A stretch of 32,000 nucleotides of DNA from positions 120,001-152,000 of the forward strand of contig JAFGBS010000001.1 in assembly GCA_016933055.1 (NCBI GenBank), read 5' to 3'. Of this stretch, positions 1-9,480 are shown piece after piece. A model generated the notes under the pieces. It was not told where the DNA came from and searched no databases. It saw nothing but the letters and a program-made list of their open reading frames with translations. Position 1 is the first letter of the stretch. Every line of letters starts with the position of its first letter. Source of the stretch: Promethearchaeota archaeon (lineage in GTDB: Archaea; Asgardarchaeota; Lokiarchaeia; Sigyniarchaeales; Promethearchaeaceae). Made by a program: the position numbers and the translations under genes.

Positions 1-95
1 AAAATTCGACTCTTTATGATTATTGAGACAATAGATCTCGCACATTACCCGAAAACTCATTGTACAGGTATTTCAAATAAGAGGGGTAGGACTAT

Positions 96-404
96 ATGAC
101 GAACAAATTTGTAAATGTAACAAAGAAAAATGAACTATTAGAATACTTTTCGGAATGTTTACTTCCTTTCAAAATTTCGAAATCAATCATAAATAAAAAT
201 TTAGATCATGCATTACACCAATTTCACTTGGAAATGAAAAAGGATTTTTCTAGCTTCATAGAAACATCACCACAAGATATGAGATATATATTTTACCAGA
301 TATTGATCAAACACTTCCTTATCTCTATAAATTCCGATAAACATGTGCTAGAACACGATGAACTGGAACAAATTACCAATAAGATCGAACATATGCTAGA
401 TTAA
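96..404 (+). CDS. Hypothetical protein, 102 aa
   Basis: Non-overlapping ORF with a purine-rich GGGGTAGG element just upstream. It converges on alaS with a 10-nt gap. No recognisable motif. Confidence 0.55.
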   Translation: MTNKFVNVTKKNELLEYFSECLLPFKISKSIINKNLDHALHQFHLEMKKDFSSFIETSPQDMRYIFYQILIKHFLISINSDKHVLEHDELEQITNKIEHMLD

Positions 405-414
405 ATCCCTAACA

Positions 415-3381
415 TTACGGTGGAATCATCTTCGAAAAGTGGATCTGTAGTTTCTTAAAGAGGGTTCTCTTCAGATCACCCCTCTCTTCATTTTTTTTAA
501 TAGGCAGGTAACCTTGAAAATTATCTTTTCTCCCTCCTCCTTTGCCACCCATTTCAGTAACTACGGTCCTCATGATTTTTCCCAGATTAATACGTTCCGA
601 TTGAAGTAAATTCTCTCCGAGTAACCCGTTGATAAGAATGCCATCAGATTGTTCTCCAATGGTAATAAAAATAGAATTTTTCTGGATTTTTATCAAATTT
701 TGAGCAACAGCTAAAATTTCTTTTGGATTTAATCCCTCAAACTCTTTTATTACTAGATTTACATCATCTGTGATTGGGATACTTTCTTCCTTTTGGTCCT
801 GCACTTGGTTTACCTTTAAGAATTTCACCAATCTCTTATATTCATTTAAATTTTTTAAGATTGTTTGTTCCAGAATATCACTGGGACATTTTAAGATGTC
901 TGAAAGGACTTCTATTAGATCAAAATTACTCATTCTAATTTTTTTTCGTTTACGCAAAGTTAAAGCTGCATTTGGAGGACTACTCCCAGAACTAAGAGTT
1001 TTTTGTAGAATTTTTTTCTTATCCATAATTTCCTTTACACGTGAGATCAATCGATCTGGATCGACATCAAGGAGATTAGAAATTCTCTCAATTATTCGTT
1101 CATTTAATTTTTCTAAGCGATCTACTGCATTTCCTCCGGTGAAGGTGATTCGAATTATCCCATCTTGGATTTTTTGGGTTTTTAGAATTTTTATCTTACC
1201 TATTTCTGAAGTATTGTGCATATGGGTCCCTCCACACGCTTCTACATCCTCACCTGGGATCTCAACGATACGCACCATAGCTCCTGGGACTGCACCGCCT
1301 TGATATAATCCCATCCCGTACTTTTCCTCCGCTTTTGTTCGTGGCATCAATGTCGAATGCAGTTCTATACCCTCTTGGATTATTTCATTTGCGCGATCTT
1401 CAATTTGTTTAACCTGGCCTTCCGTTAAAGACTCGAAATGGGTTATATCCAAGTGGGCTTTGTCATAAGTTTTCTTTGCACTAGCCTGATTTACATGTTC
1501 TCCTAGTATTTGACGTGCTGCACCATTAATTACATGAGTGGCAGTATGGTTAGCAGCCAGTTGAATTCTCCAATCATCATTTACTTTTATCTTTACGAGA
1601 TCCCCTACATGGAATGAGGGTTTTGTATCTAAACAATGAATGATATAACCACCGAATTTTATCACATTGGAAAATTTCGTGTTATTTATGATTCCAATGT
1701 CATGTAATTGACCACCTGAAGTGGGATATGCTACCGTTTGATCTAAAATTACTGCCCAGCACGAACTCTCTTCTACAACCGTCTTTTCTATGAAAAGAAC
1801 AGTGGATTCACATTCAAGTAATAAATAATCATCATAATACAAAGGTTTAGTTTCAGGAATTCGGGGGTCAATGATAATATTAATATCTTTATGGGTTTGA
1901 GCTACTTGTTCTTTTTGTTCATGCAGTTCTACTACTTTTTGGTAGAAATTATCAGGTTTTTTAATTTTCTTCCCGAACTTCTTTGCTGCAGCTACTAGCA
2001 TATCAGGGTCGATTCCATTTGAATCATAGAGCTGTAACAATACATCTTCTGTTATCTTGCTATCATTTTCGAGGAGATTTCTTACAATTTGAGAAGCTTT
2101 CTTTTTAGTTGTATGATATTTCTTATATTCCACTTTTAGGACTTCTTCAACTTCATCCAACCTTTCACTTACTTCAGGAAAGAGATCAAACAATTCTTTT
2201 GCATGCCATCGACACACATCTTGGATTTTTATGTCCCATTTGAATCGATCAGCAAAGGATACAGCTCTTCGAAATATTACGCGTAAATTATATCCTCCGC
2301 CTGTATTACTTGGGAGTTTTCCATCTGTAATAGCAAATAAAAGCGCACGTGAATGCTCAGCAATAGAATATAATCCGGTCATTGGAAGGATTTTTGCCTT
2401 AAGCTTGTCTACAGGCATGGCAAATTTAGTAGCTACCATTTTCCATGCTTCATCAATGTCTTCCACTTCATCAATATTCAAGTAAGCAGAATATTTCGAA
2501 AATCGATTGAATAGATTTAAATCAGCCATCACGTTAGTATTTTCCCGAAGTTTCTCCAATACTTTGGGAAAAGTTGCCTCATATATGTTTGCAACTCCTT
2601 GGGAAAACCATGCGATCCGTTCTTGCCCCATTCCCATATCTAGTACTTTTAACTGTAATTCTTTATCTCCATCTGGAGTTTGTTCGAACATGGTATAAAC
2701 TTGATTGAATAATTCGACTCCACGACTGAAGAATTCTAGACAAGGTCCGAAACTTCCTCCACCACTCCACGCATCTTCATGGATAACGAACTCAGAAGTG
2801 TCAAGTCCAACCCCTTCTATCAGGAAGTCCATTATATCACGGAAATACTCCGATTGATTCCATTCCTCGGGGGAGACGAACACATGTTGACCTATCATGG
2901 AGAAACATGTTAAATGCGAGCCGGTAATACCCACATTCTCAATATCGTTAAACCTAAGTGACATTTGTGGGATTATGATCTTTTTGGCAGGCGGATCCGC
3001 CTCTCCAGTAATCACATATGGCTGAAATGCAGCAATGGAGGCAATAGTGAACTCTACCGTGGGATTCCATCTTGCTACTACTGGATAGCGTTTAATAGGT
3101 TTATATCCTCGAGGTTCAAGGATTTCTATCATTTTTTCCCATACTCCGATGTAGGAGAGTTTATTTTTCGATGGGTTATTGTCAACAACATCAAATCCTC
3201 CAGAACAAACAGGGTCTCCACAGTAATCTCTTTCTTTAACTGTTGTCCAAAAATATGTTCCACAATTACATTTTTTTCTACTAAATCCCTTTTCTTTCAT
3301 TACTTCCACGGGATAATACTTTTCGGGATTTTCAGAAGCAACTTTCTTGAATACTTTTTTTTGTTCTTTATCGGAGAGCAT
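415..3381 (-). CDS. alaS: Alanine--tRNA ligase, archaeal type (start probably ATG 3381, MLSDKEQ; the track starts at TTG 3393)
   Basis: N-terminal CxC...CGD..C zinc knuckle; FTIASIAAFQP; motif 2 LRFNDIENVGITGSH; GMGQERIAW; YPTSGGQLHD; editing motifs HTATH and CGGTH; C-Ala GGKGGG. Confidence 0.97.
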   Translation of the reverse strand: MLSDKEQKKVFKKVASENPEKYYPVEVMKEKGFSRKKCNCGTYFWTTVKERDYCGDPVCSGGFDVVDNNPSKNKLSYIGVWEKMIEILEPRGYKPIKRYPVVARWNPTVEFTIASIAAFQPYVITGEADPPAKKIIIPQMSLRFNDIENVGITGSHLTCFSMIGQHVFVSPEEWNQSEYFRDIMDFLIEGVGLDTSEFVIHEDAWSGGGSFGPCLEFFSRGVELFNQVYTMFEQTPDGDKELQLKVLDMGMGQERIAWFSQGVANIYEATFPKVLEKLRENTNVMADLNLFNRFSKYSAYLNIDEVEDIDEAWKMVATKFAMPVDKLKAKILPMTGLYSIAEHSRALLFAITDGKLPSNTGGGYNLRVIFRRAVSFADRFKWDIKIQDVCRWHAKELFDLFPEVSERLDEVEEVLKVEYKKYHTTKKKASQIVRNLLENDSKITEDVLLQLYDSNGIDPDMLVAAAKKFGKKIKKPDNFYQKVVELHEQKEQVAQTHKDINIIIDPRIPETKPLYYDDYLLLECESTVLFIEKTVVEESSCWAVILDQTVAYPTSGGQLHDIGIINNTKFSNVIKFGGYIIHCLDTKPSFHVGDLVKIKVNDDWRIQLAANHTATHVINGAARQILGEHVNQASAKKTYDKAHLDITHFESLTEGQVKQIEDRANEIIQEGIELHSTLMPRTKAEEKYGMGLYQGGAVPGAMVRIVEIPGEDVEACGGTHMHNTSEIGKIKILKTQKIQDGIIRITFTGGNAVDRLEKLNERIIERISNLLDVDPDRLISRVKEIMDKKKILQKTLSSGSSPPNAALTLRKRKKIRMSNFDLIEVLSDILKCPSDILEQTILKNLNEYKRLVKFLKVNQVQDQKEESIPITDDVNLVIKEFEGLNPKEILAVAQNLIKIQKNSIFITIGEQSDGILINGLLGENLLQSERINLGKIMRTVVTEMGGKGGGRKDNFQGYLPIKKNEERGDLKRTLFKKLQIHFSKMIPP

Positions 3382-3485
3382 TGGGAATATCAACTGATTG
3401 GAAGTTCGTCTAATTCGTTTCTTTGTATTTTCGATGAAATTTATGGTTTGTCGTTAACATCTATATTCCTCAGCACGTAAGGCTG

Positions 3486-3498
3486 CACTTTTTAAGTG
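3486..3498. promoter_or_regulatory. Candidate TATA-like palindrome CACTT-TTT-AAGTG in the alaS / aminopeptidase divergent spacer
   Basis: The palindrome is seen directly. It reads TTTTTAAG on the + strand and CTTAAAAAG on the - strand, 80-105 nt from each start codon. Confidence 0.3.
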
Positions 3499-3576
3499 AA
3501 ACGTCACAAGGAAGATTTAGAGATCCAACGTTCAAGATACTTAAATGGAGTGAAATGATCTTAAAATCGATAGATT

Positions 3577-4683
3577 ATGCTTGATTTTAATGAAAAATTA
3601 TCACAATTAGCTGTTAGATATTCGGTAAAAGTTAAACCTGGAGACATTGTTGTAATTCGAGGTGGAGAAATCTCTCTCGATCTCATGAGAGCGCTTTTTC
3701 TAGAGGCGTTAAAAGCTGGGGGGCATCCACGATTAGAAGTAAGTGTTTCAGGTGTAGCTGAGTTGTTTTACAAATACGCCAATGATGATCAATTGGTGTT
3801 TGTGAATCCTACGAGAAAAACAGAAATCGAGACGGTTAACTGCATTATACACATAATGGACGATTATAACAGAAAAAAATTTGCAAACGTCGATCCTGAG
3901 AGGATGCAACGAGGTCAAAGAACACCCGAAGCAATGGAATTAATGAAAATATATAAAGAGCGGGAATTAAAAGGAGAACTAAAATGGGTAATCGTCCCAA
4001 ATCCTTGCAACACTTTGGCTCAAGAAGCAACGATGGATCTCTTCGAATATCGCGAATTTGTAACAAAGGCATTGTACTTAGATACAGATGATCCTGCGGC
4101 TGAATGGCAACGAGTTCATGACGAACAGCAAAGATTGATAGATGTGTTAAATACGACATCAGAAATTCATGTGCTTGGTGAAGATACTGATTTGACCATG
4201 TCGGTTAAAGATAGAAAGTGGTTGAATAGTGATGGATCACGTAATTTGCCTGGAGGTGAGGTTTTTACAAGCCCAGTAGAAGATTCCATAAACGGACACA
4301 TTCGTTTTACCTATCCGGCTATTAGAGATGGAAAAGAAGTGGAAAATATCTATATAGAGGTAAAAGATGGCAAAGTAATAAAAGCTACTGCAGAAAAGGG
4401 ACAGGAACTACTAGATGAGATCTTGAAAACTGAAAACGCAGACCGATTCGGAGAGTTTGCAATTGGTACTAATAAAGGAATTAAGCAAATCACGAAAACC
4501 ATACTTTTTGATGAAAAAATTGGTGGTTGTATACATATGGCATTAGGTCGTGGATTTGGAGAAGCTGGTGGTCAAAATATGAGTTCTGTTCACTGGGATA
4601 TCATCAAAAACATGGAATCTCCCGAATCCAAAGTATTTGCGGATGGTAAGGTTGTGTATGAAGCGGGAGACTGGAAAATATAA
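3577..4683 (+). CDS. Aminopeptidase, M29 (AmpS/PepS/aminopeptidase T) family
   Basis: Metal-ligand motifs NLPGGEVFTSP, GEFAIGTN, LFDEKIGGCIHMALG and SSVHWDII; typical length of 368 aa. Confidence 0.93.
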   Translation: MLDFNEKLSQLAVRYSVKVKPGDIVVIRGGEISLDLMRALFLEALKAGGHPRLEVSVSGVAELFYKYANDDQLVFVNPTRKTEIETVNCIIHIMDDYNRKKFANVDPERMQRGQRTPEAMELMKIYKERELKGELKWVIVPNPCNTLAQEATMDLFEYREFVTKALYLDTDDPAAEWQRVHDEQQRLIDVLNTTSEIHVLGEDTDLTMSVKDRKWLNSDGSRNLPGGEVFTSPVEDSINGHIRFTYPAIRDGKEVENIYIEVKDGKVIKATAEKGQELLDEILKTENADRFGEFAIGTNKGIKQITKTILFDEKIGGCIHMALGRGFGEAGGQNMSSVHWDIIKNMESPESKVFADGKVVYEAGDWKI

Positions 4684-4871
4684 TTTCTTATTTCTCCCTT
4701 TTCTAAAATCCATAGGGTGTGTTTTTACGAACAATTTGATCTTTCCTTGTTTCTGATATAAGTGAAAAAATTGTGTTTTAGTCCTAAGCAATAATAAAGC
4801 AAGCATATTAAAGAACTAATTTCCTTAATGAACTAGTTATTTTCTAATCATCAAACAAGAAGGTACATATT

Positions 4872-5591
4872 ATGAAAAAACACACCTATATACTACTCAC
4901 TGTTGTGCTGCTTTCTTTGCTAGGATCTTTCATGACTCCCGCATATGCCCAGAGTGTAAGTGACCCCGAAGGAGATGTAATTGGAGTGGATCAATGGACA
5001 GAAGGAGGAAATCCGAGAATAAATTGTGACTGGGTATGGGAAAACAGTTCAATGATCGATATCGCAACCATTGCATGGTTAGAGGTAGGAACCAATTATA
5101 CAGTAACCATGAGCTTCTACGGACAACCCAATGCTACTTTAATTGAAAATTCGACTATAGTCGCAGGAATCTTATTTTTGATCAATGGAAGTGTCTTTCC
5201 TGAAGAATTAGAGGACGATTCACCCGAAGCACATTTTACGATAAGCACCGAAGCTAATGGAACGGTTATGGGGAACTCAACAAGTGTGCAAATCAATACT
5301 ATGGTTGTAAGCGGGAATGATCTTAGCTGGACGTTCAATAAAAGCTTAGCACCCGTTACACCCGTTGTATTAGACAATTGGGATGTAGTTGCATTTTCAT
5401 TATTCCAGCAAGCTGAAGGTAATCACACTTATGCAGCATTAGATCATTATAACTTCGATTATATGGAAGATTTATTAAAACTGGCATGTTCACTGATTAA
5501 TCTACAAATACCAGGTTATTCTTTGATTGTAGTTGGCGTAATTGCTGTGATTACGGTTGGTATCCTAATAAAGAAGAAATATGATAAATAA
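4872..5591 (+). CDS. Secreted, C-terminally anchored surface (glyco)protein with Loki-CTERM-like tail
   Basis: Signal peptide MKK + hydrophobic core + AYA|Q; acidic ectodomain with 9 N-x-S/T sequons; C-terminal IPGY + TM helix + KKKYDK. Confidence 0.85.
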   Translation: MKKHTYILLTVVLLSLLGSFMTPAYAQSVSDPEGDVIGVDQWTEGGNPRINCDWVWENSSMIDIATIAWLEVGTNYTVTMSFYGQPNATLIENSTIVAGILFLINGSVFPEELEDDSPEAHFTISTEANGTVMGNSTSVQINTMVVSGNDLSWTFNKSLAPVTPVVLDNWDVVAFSLFQQAEGNHTYAALDHYNFDYMEDLLKLACSLINLQIPGYSLIVVGVIAVITVGILIKKKYDK

Positions 5592-5611
5592 TTTTTTCCC
5601 CCTATTTTTTT
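5592..5611 (+). terminator. Oligo-T archaeal terminator candidate between convergent genes
   Basis: A T6 run directly follows the stop codon at 5591. A further T7 run at 5605-5611 overlaps the end of acnA. Confidence 0.4.
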
Positions 5612-8268
5612 AATAAATTTCGTAAAACGGTGTGCAAAATGCCCCCATTTTGGTAATATTCTATATCAACCTCGCTATCTAACCGAACTACTGTCTTAAA
5701 TTTAATCATTTTGTTTTCACGTTCCGCTATCACATCAATTTCCGATAAAGGTTTCATAGTTTCGATTCCCAAAATCGAGATCTTCTCAGTTCCGATTAAT
5801 CCAACTGATTGGGCATTTTCTCCTTCTTTAAATTGCAAAGGTAGAACCCCCATACCTACTAGGTTACTTCTATGGATTCTTTCATATGAGGTGGCAATCA
5901 CAACTTTCACTCCTAATAACCATGTTCCTTTCGCAGCCCAATCGCGACTGCTTCCCATCCCATAATCTTTCCCCGCAATCACTACTGCGGGGATTCTCTT
6001 TTCGATATATTTCATCGCTGCGGTGTATATAGGCAATTCCTCCCCGGTTGGGTGATAAATGGTCCATCCTCCCTCTCTATCCACTAGTAAATTCCGAATT
6101 CTGATGTTCCCAAATGTACCTCGCATCATCACTTCATGATTTCCTCGACGGGATCCAAAGGAATTGAAATCCTCCGGATTTACTCCTTTTTTGATCAGAT
6201 ATCTCCCAGCTGGCATATCTTTAGGAATTGAACCTGCAGGGGAGATATGGTCGGTTGTGACACTTTCACCCAAGAGAGCTAATATTCGAGCTTCTTTTAT
6301 ATTTTCTAAATCGGGAATTTCTACGGGGAAATCCTTGAAAAAAGGAGGTTCTCGAATATAAGTAGAATTCTCATCCCATTGGTACACACTCTCTTGAGGT
6401 GTTTCTAATTTGTTCCAAAGATCCCAGCCTTTGAAAATTTCTCCATATTCTTCTTGAAATAAATCTGGTTTAACATATTCCGCAACCAATTTTTGAATTT
6501 CATCTGAATCTGGCCAAATATCTTTTAAGAAAACTGGTGTTCCATCTTCAGTCAAACCTAGTGGTTCTTTTTCCAAGTTTATCGCTACAGTTCCTGCTAT
6601 TGCAAATACTACCACTAATGGTGGAGAAGCAAGATAATTTGCACGAACATGCGGACTAATTCTTCCCTCAAAATTCCGATTTCCACTTAATACTGACGTA
6701 ACCGCAAGATCTTTTTCAATAATTTGTCTTACTATTTCCGTATCCAATGGTCCGCTATTCCCAATGCACGTAGTACAACCATATCCTACCAGATAAAATC
6801 CAAGTTTCTCTAAATATTTCATCAATCCAGAATTTTCCATGTAATCGGTAACTACTCGAGAACCTGGAGCAAAAGAGGTCTTAACAAAAGGTTTCACTTT
6901 CAATCCTTTTTGAACTGCATTCCGTGCAAGTAACCCGGCTCCAATCATTACGGAGGGATTAGATGTATTTGTACAAGACGTGATTGCTGCTATAACAATT
7001 GAACCATTATTTAAAGTGGAACCATCCGATATTAAATCTAATTCAACAGATTTGTCTAGATATGTTTTCATTGTTTTTCTAAATGCATTTTTCATCTCTT
7101 TAAGCATAATTCGGTCCTGCGGTCTTTTCGGACCTGCTAAACTTGACTCTACGGAGGTTAAATCGAATTCTATTAATTCATTATAATCGGGTATGGATTG
7201 CCCGTCAGTATAAAACAATCCCACTTTTTTAAGGTAGGTTTCAACAAGCTCTACATGGTCCACGTTCCGACCGCTTAAACGGAGATAATTTAAAGTCTCT
7301 TGGGTGGCGGGGAAATAATTCATAGTAGAACCGCATTCAGGAGCCATGTTTGCTATGGTTGCCCTATCGGGTAGTGAGAGAGTATTTAAACCCGGGCCAA
7401 AGAATTCAACAAACTTTTCCACCACACCGATCTCACGAAGTTTTTCTGTAATTGCCAAAACAACATCCGTGGCAGTAATCCCTTCTTTTAATTTTCCTAC
7501 TAATTTTACCCCCACTACTTCGGGAATATTCATATAATAGGGTTGTCCAAGCATAACTGCTTCTGCTTCTATTCCTCCTACCCCCCATCCTAAACAACTA
7601 AGTCCATTGATCATAGTGGTATGTGAATCAGTACCAATACAAGAATCAGGATATACCACGATTTCTCCATTTACGTCCCGTTTGTCAACAATCTTGCCCA
7701 GATATTCTAAGTTCACTTGGTGGCAAATACCTCGACTTGTTGGAACTACTCGGAAATTCTTTAATTTTTCTTGTGCCCATTTCAATAGAATGTATCGCTC
7801 CCGATTCCGCTCCATTTCATATTCTTCGTTTTTCTGTCGTGCGTTTGTGGAATCTGCAAAGTCTACTTGAATGGAATGGTCGATCACCAAATCAACGGGA
7901 TTTACCGGATTGATTTTTTCAGGGTCCCTTCCTGCGCGTTCCATCGCAGATCGTAAAGCGGCTAAATCAACAACAGCTGGAACTCCTGTGAAATCTTGTA
8001 GTAATACGCGGGTGGGTATAAAGGCTATTTCTGAATCCGAACTATTTTTAGTATCCCACTTACATAACGCCATCAGATGATTCTTAGTAACTAACTTTCC
8101 ATCCAGATTGCGTAAAATATTTTCAAGCAGTATCCGATGGGAATAAGGGAGTTTGCTAATTTTTACTAATTTTAACTCTTCCAATTTTTTTATATTATAA
8201 ATCGTTACTTTTCCCATGCTTGTGGGTATTTTTTCTTTAGTGTTGGCTTGAATTTCAATCATGTGCAT
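5602..8268 (-). CDS. acnA: Aconitate hydratase, AcnA/IRP1 family
   Basis: LLQDFTGVPAVVDLA, DHSIQVD, GICHQVNLE, GTDSHTT, the three cluster Cys (SCTNTSNP; GCTTCIGNSG), TTDHISPAG, GSSRDWAAKG; 888 aa. Alternative start at 8262. Confidence 0.97.
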   Translation of the reverse strand: MHMIEIQANTKEKIPTSMGKVTIYNIKKLEELKLVKISKLPYSHRILLENILRNLDGKLVTKNHLMALCKWDTKNSSDSEIAFIPTRVLLQDFTGVPAVVDLAALRSAMERAGRDPEKINPVNPVDLVIDHSIQVDFADSTNARQKNEEYEMERNRERYILLKWAQEKLKNFRVVPTSRGICHQVNLEYLGKIVDKRDVNGEIVVYPDSCIGTDSHTTMINGLSCLGWGVGGIEAEAVMLGQPYYMNIPEVVGVKLVGKLKEGITATDVVLAITEKLREIGVVEKFVEFFGPGLNTLSLPDRATIANMAPECGSTMNYFPATQETLNYLRLSGRNVDHVELVETYLKKVGLFYTDGQSIPDYNELIEFDLTSVESSLAGPKRPQDRIMLKEMKNAFRKTMKTYLDKSVELDLISDGSTLNNGSIVIAAITSCTNTSNPSVMIGAGLLARNAVQKGLKVKPFVKTSFAPGSRVVTDYMENSGLMKYLEKLGFYLVGYGCTTCIGNSGPLDTEIVRQIIEKDLAVTSVLSGNRNFEGRISPHVRANYLASPPLVVVFAIAGTVAINLEKEPLGLTEDGTPVFLKDIWPDSDEIQKLVAEYVKPDLFQEEYGEIFKGWDLWNKLETPQESVYQWDENSTYIREPPFFKDFPVEIPDLENIKEARILALLGESVTTDHISPAGSIPKDMPAGRYLIKKGVNPEDFNSFGSRRGNHEVMMRGTFGNIRIRNLLVDREGGWTIYHPTGEELPIYTAAMKYIEKRIPAVVIAGKDYGMGSSRDWAAKGTWLLGVKVVIATSYERIHRSNLVGMGVLPLQFKEGENAQSVGLIGTEKISILGIETMKPLSEIDVIAERENKMIKFKTVVRLDSEVDIEYYQNGGILHTVLRNLLKK

Positions 8269-8341
8269 TCTATCGTTCCTATATTTTTAAATATGTCTTT
8301 ATCGGTAGATCAGATAATCCATGCAGTAATTTAATTCTACT

Positions 8342-8351
8342 TTTTATAAAA
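8342..8351 (-). promoter_or_regulatory. Candidate TATA box (TTTTATAAAA palindrome) for acnA
   Basis: Lies in the 140-nt gap about 75 nt upstream of the acnA start, suggesting acnA has its own promoter. Confidence 0.35.
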
Positions 8352-8408
8352 GATTACAAATTTAGAGTTGCTGGCAGAGAAAAAGGAAAGTCATCAGACA
8401 TATAGATA

Positions 8409-9470
8409 TTACACTCGTTGCAAAACCTCACTAGATATCTTTTCTAAATTCTTACAGTTGGTCATCAACATTGCTTTTTTTAAGGTCTCTCTCAAATATT
8501 CCATATGAACCCGAACCCCCGCAGAACCAGCACCAACTGCTGCACGAATTAAATCTCTACCAACTAATACACTTTCTGCACCAAGAGCTAGCATTTTTAA
8601 CACATCATAGCCCGTGCGTATACCTCCATCTGCCATTATTTTGATCTTTCCTTTTACTTCCGATGCAATCTCTTGAAGCACATCTGCAGTTCCAGGAGTA
8701 TGATCCAATACTCTACCTCCATGATTACTAACCACTATTCCTGCTGCGCCAGTATTAACAGCAATCAGGGCATCTTCGATAGTCATTACACCTTTTATGA
8801 TCACCGGTAAACTAGTAGCTTGAACTAAATCTCGAATTTCTTCAGGGGATTTTCGATACACGAGTTGGTTATGAGTTTTCATTGCATAACTTCCAGCGCC
8901 ATCGATATCAATACCAACAGCAAGTGCACCTGCCTCTTCCGCTTTCTTGAAAAATTCAATGAGTAATTCTTGTTTTATAGGTTTACATATTTTTACTCCC
9001 CAACCCCTCGCTTCCTTAATTGCATTAATGCCAAAAGGTGTATTCAAAGAATAAGTATAAGTATGTCCCCGCCATCCTATTGTTCCAGCTTCTTTACAGC
9101 CTAAAACAATGGAGTGACAAAAATCTTGTTCAGAAATAACGGTATCTCCTCCGAAACTCTTCACTCCAGAAGTACTTGCTCCCATGATTGGCATAGAAGT
9201 TTCATACCCAAAAAAAGAATAATTTGTGTCGGGTTCAAAATGTTCCCCAATAAGACGCATTTTAAGTTGAAATTTTTCCAATGCTAAAATATTATTATGG
9301 AATGAAGCTCCAGAACCGACTCCCCCTATTCCTAAAGATGACTTATATGATTGATTCTGACATAAACGAGATGGATCTCCATCGCAAATTTTATAAACTC
9401 CGCAAATTCCTTTTAATTTTTCTTTTGCTTGTTTTCGTACATCTTCTAGGGATAACTTTTCCTTTGTCAT
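8409..9470 (-). CDS. FMN-dependent alpha-hydroxy-acid oxidoreductase (glycolate oxidase/L-lactate dehydrogenase superfamily, anaerobe-type)
   Basis: IIKGVMT (FMN Lys), VVSNHGGRVLD (catalytic His/Arg), DGGIRTGYD, VLVGR; N-terminal Cys-rich segment. ATG 9470 is preceded by GAGG and lies 10 nt after the fumC stop; the track start at 9503 overlaps fumC. Confidence 0.9.
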   Translation of the reverse strand: MTKEKLSLEDVRKQAKEKLKGICGVYKICDGDPSRLCQNQSYKSSLGIGGVGSGASFHNNILALEKFQLKMRLIGEHFEPDTNYSFFGYETSMPIMGASTSGVKSFGGDTVISEQDFCHSIVLGCKEAGTIGWRGHTYTYSLNTPFGINAIKEARGWGVKICKPIKQELLIEFFKKAEEAGALAVGIDIDGAGSYAMKTHNQLVYRKSPEEIRDLVQATSLPVIIKGVMTIEDALIAVNTGAAGIVVSNHGGRVLDHTPGTADVLQEIASEVKGKIKIMADGGIRTGYDVLKMLALGAESVLVGRDLIRAAVGAGSAGVRVHMEYLRETLKKAMLMTNCKNLEKISSEVLQRV

Positions 9471-9480
9471 TATTTTTTCC

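Noticed and set aside
770-3480. Plus-strand ORFs antisense to alaS (770-1303, 2231-2485, 2507-2698, 2965-3480)
   Set aside because: They are shadow frames of a well-supported gene, Phe/Ser/Ile-rich with no motifs. The same reasoning applies to the other short antisense or out-of-frame ORFs nested in genes across the window.
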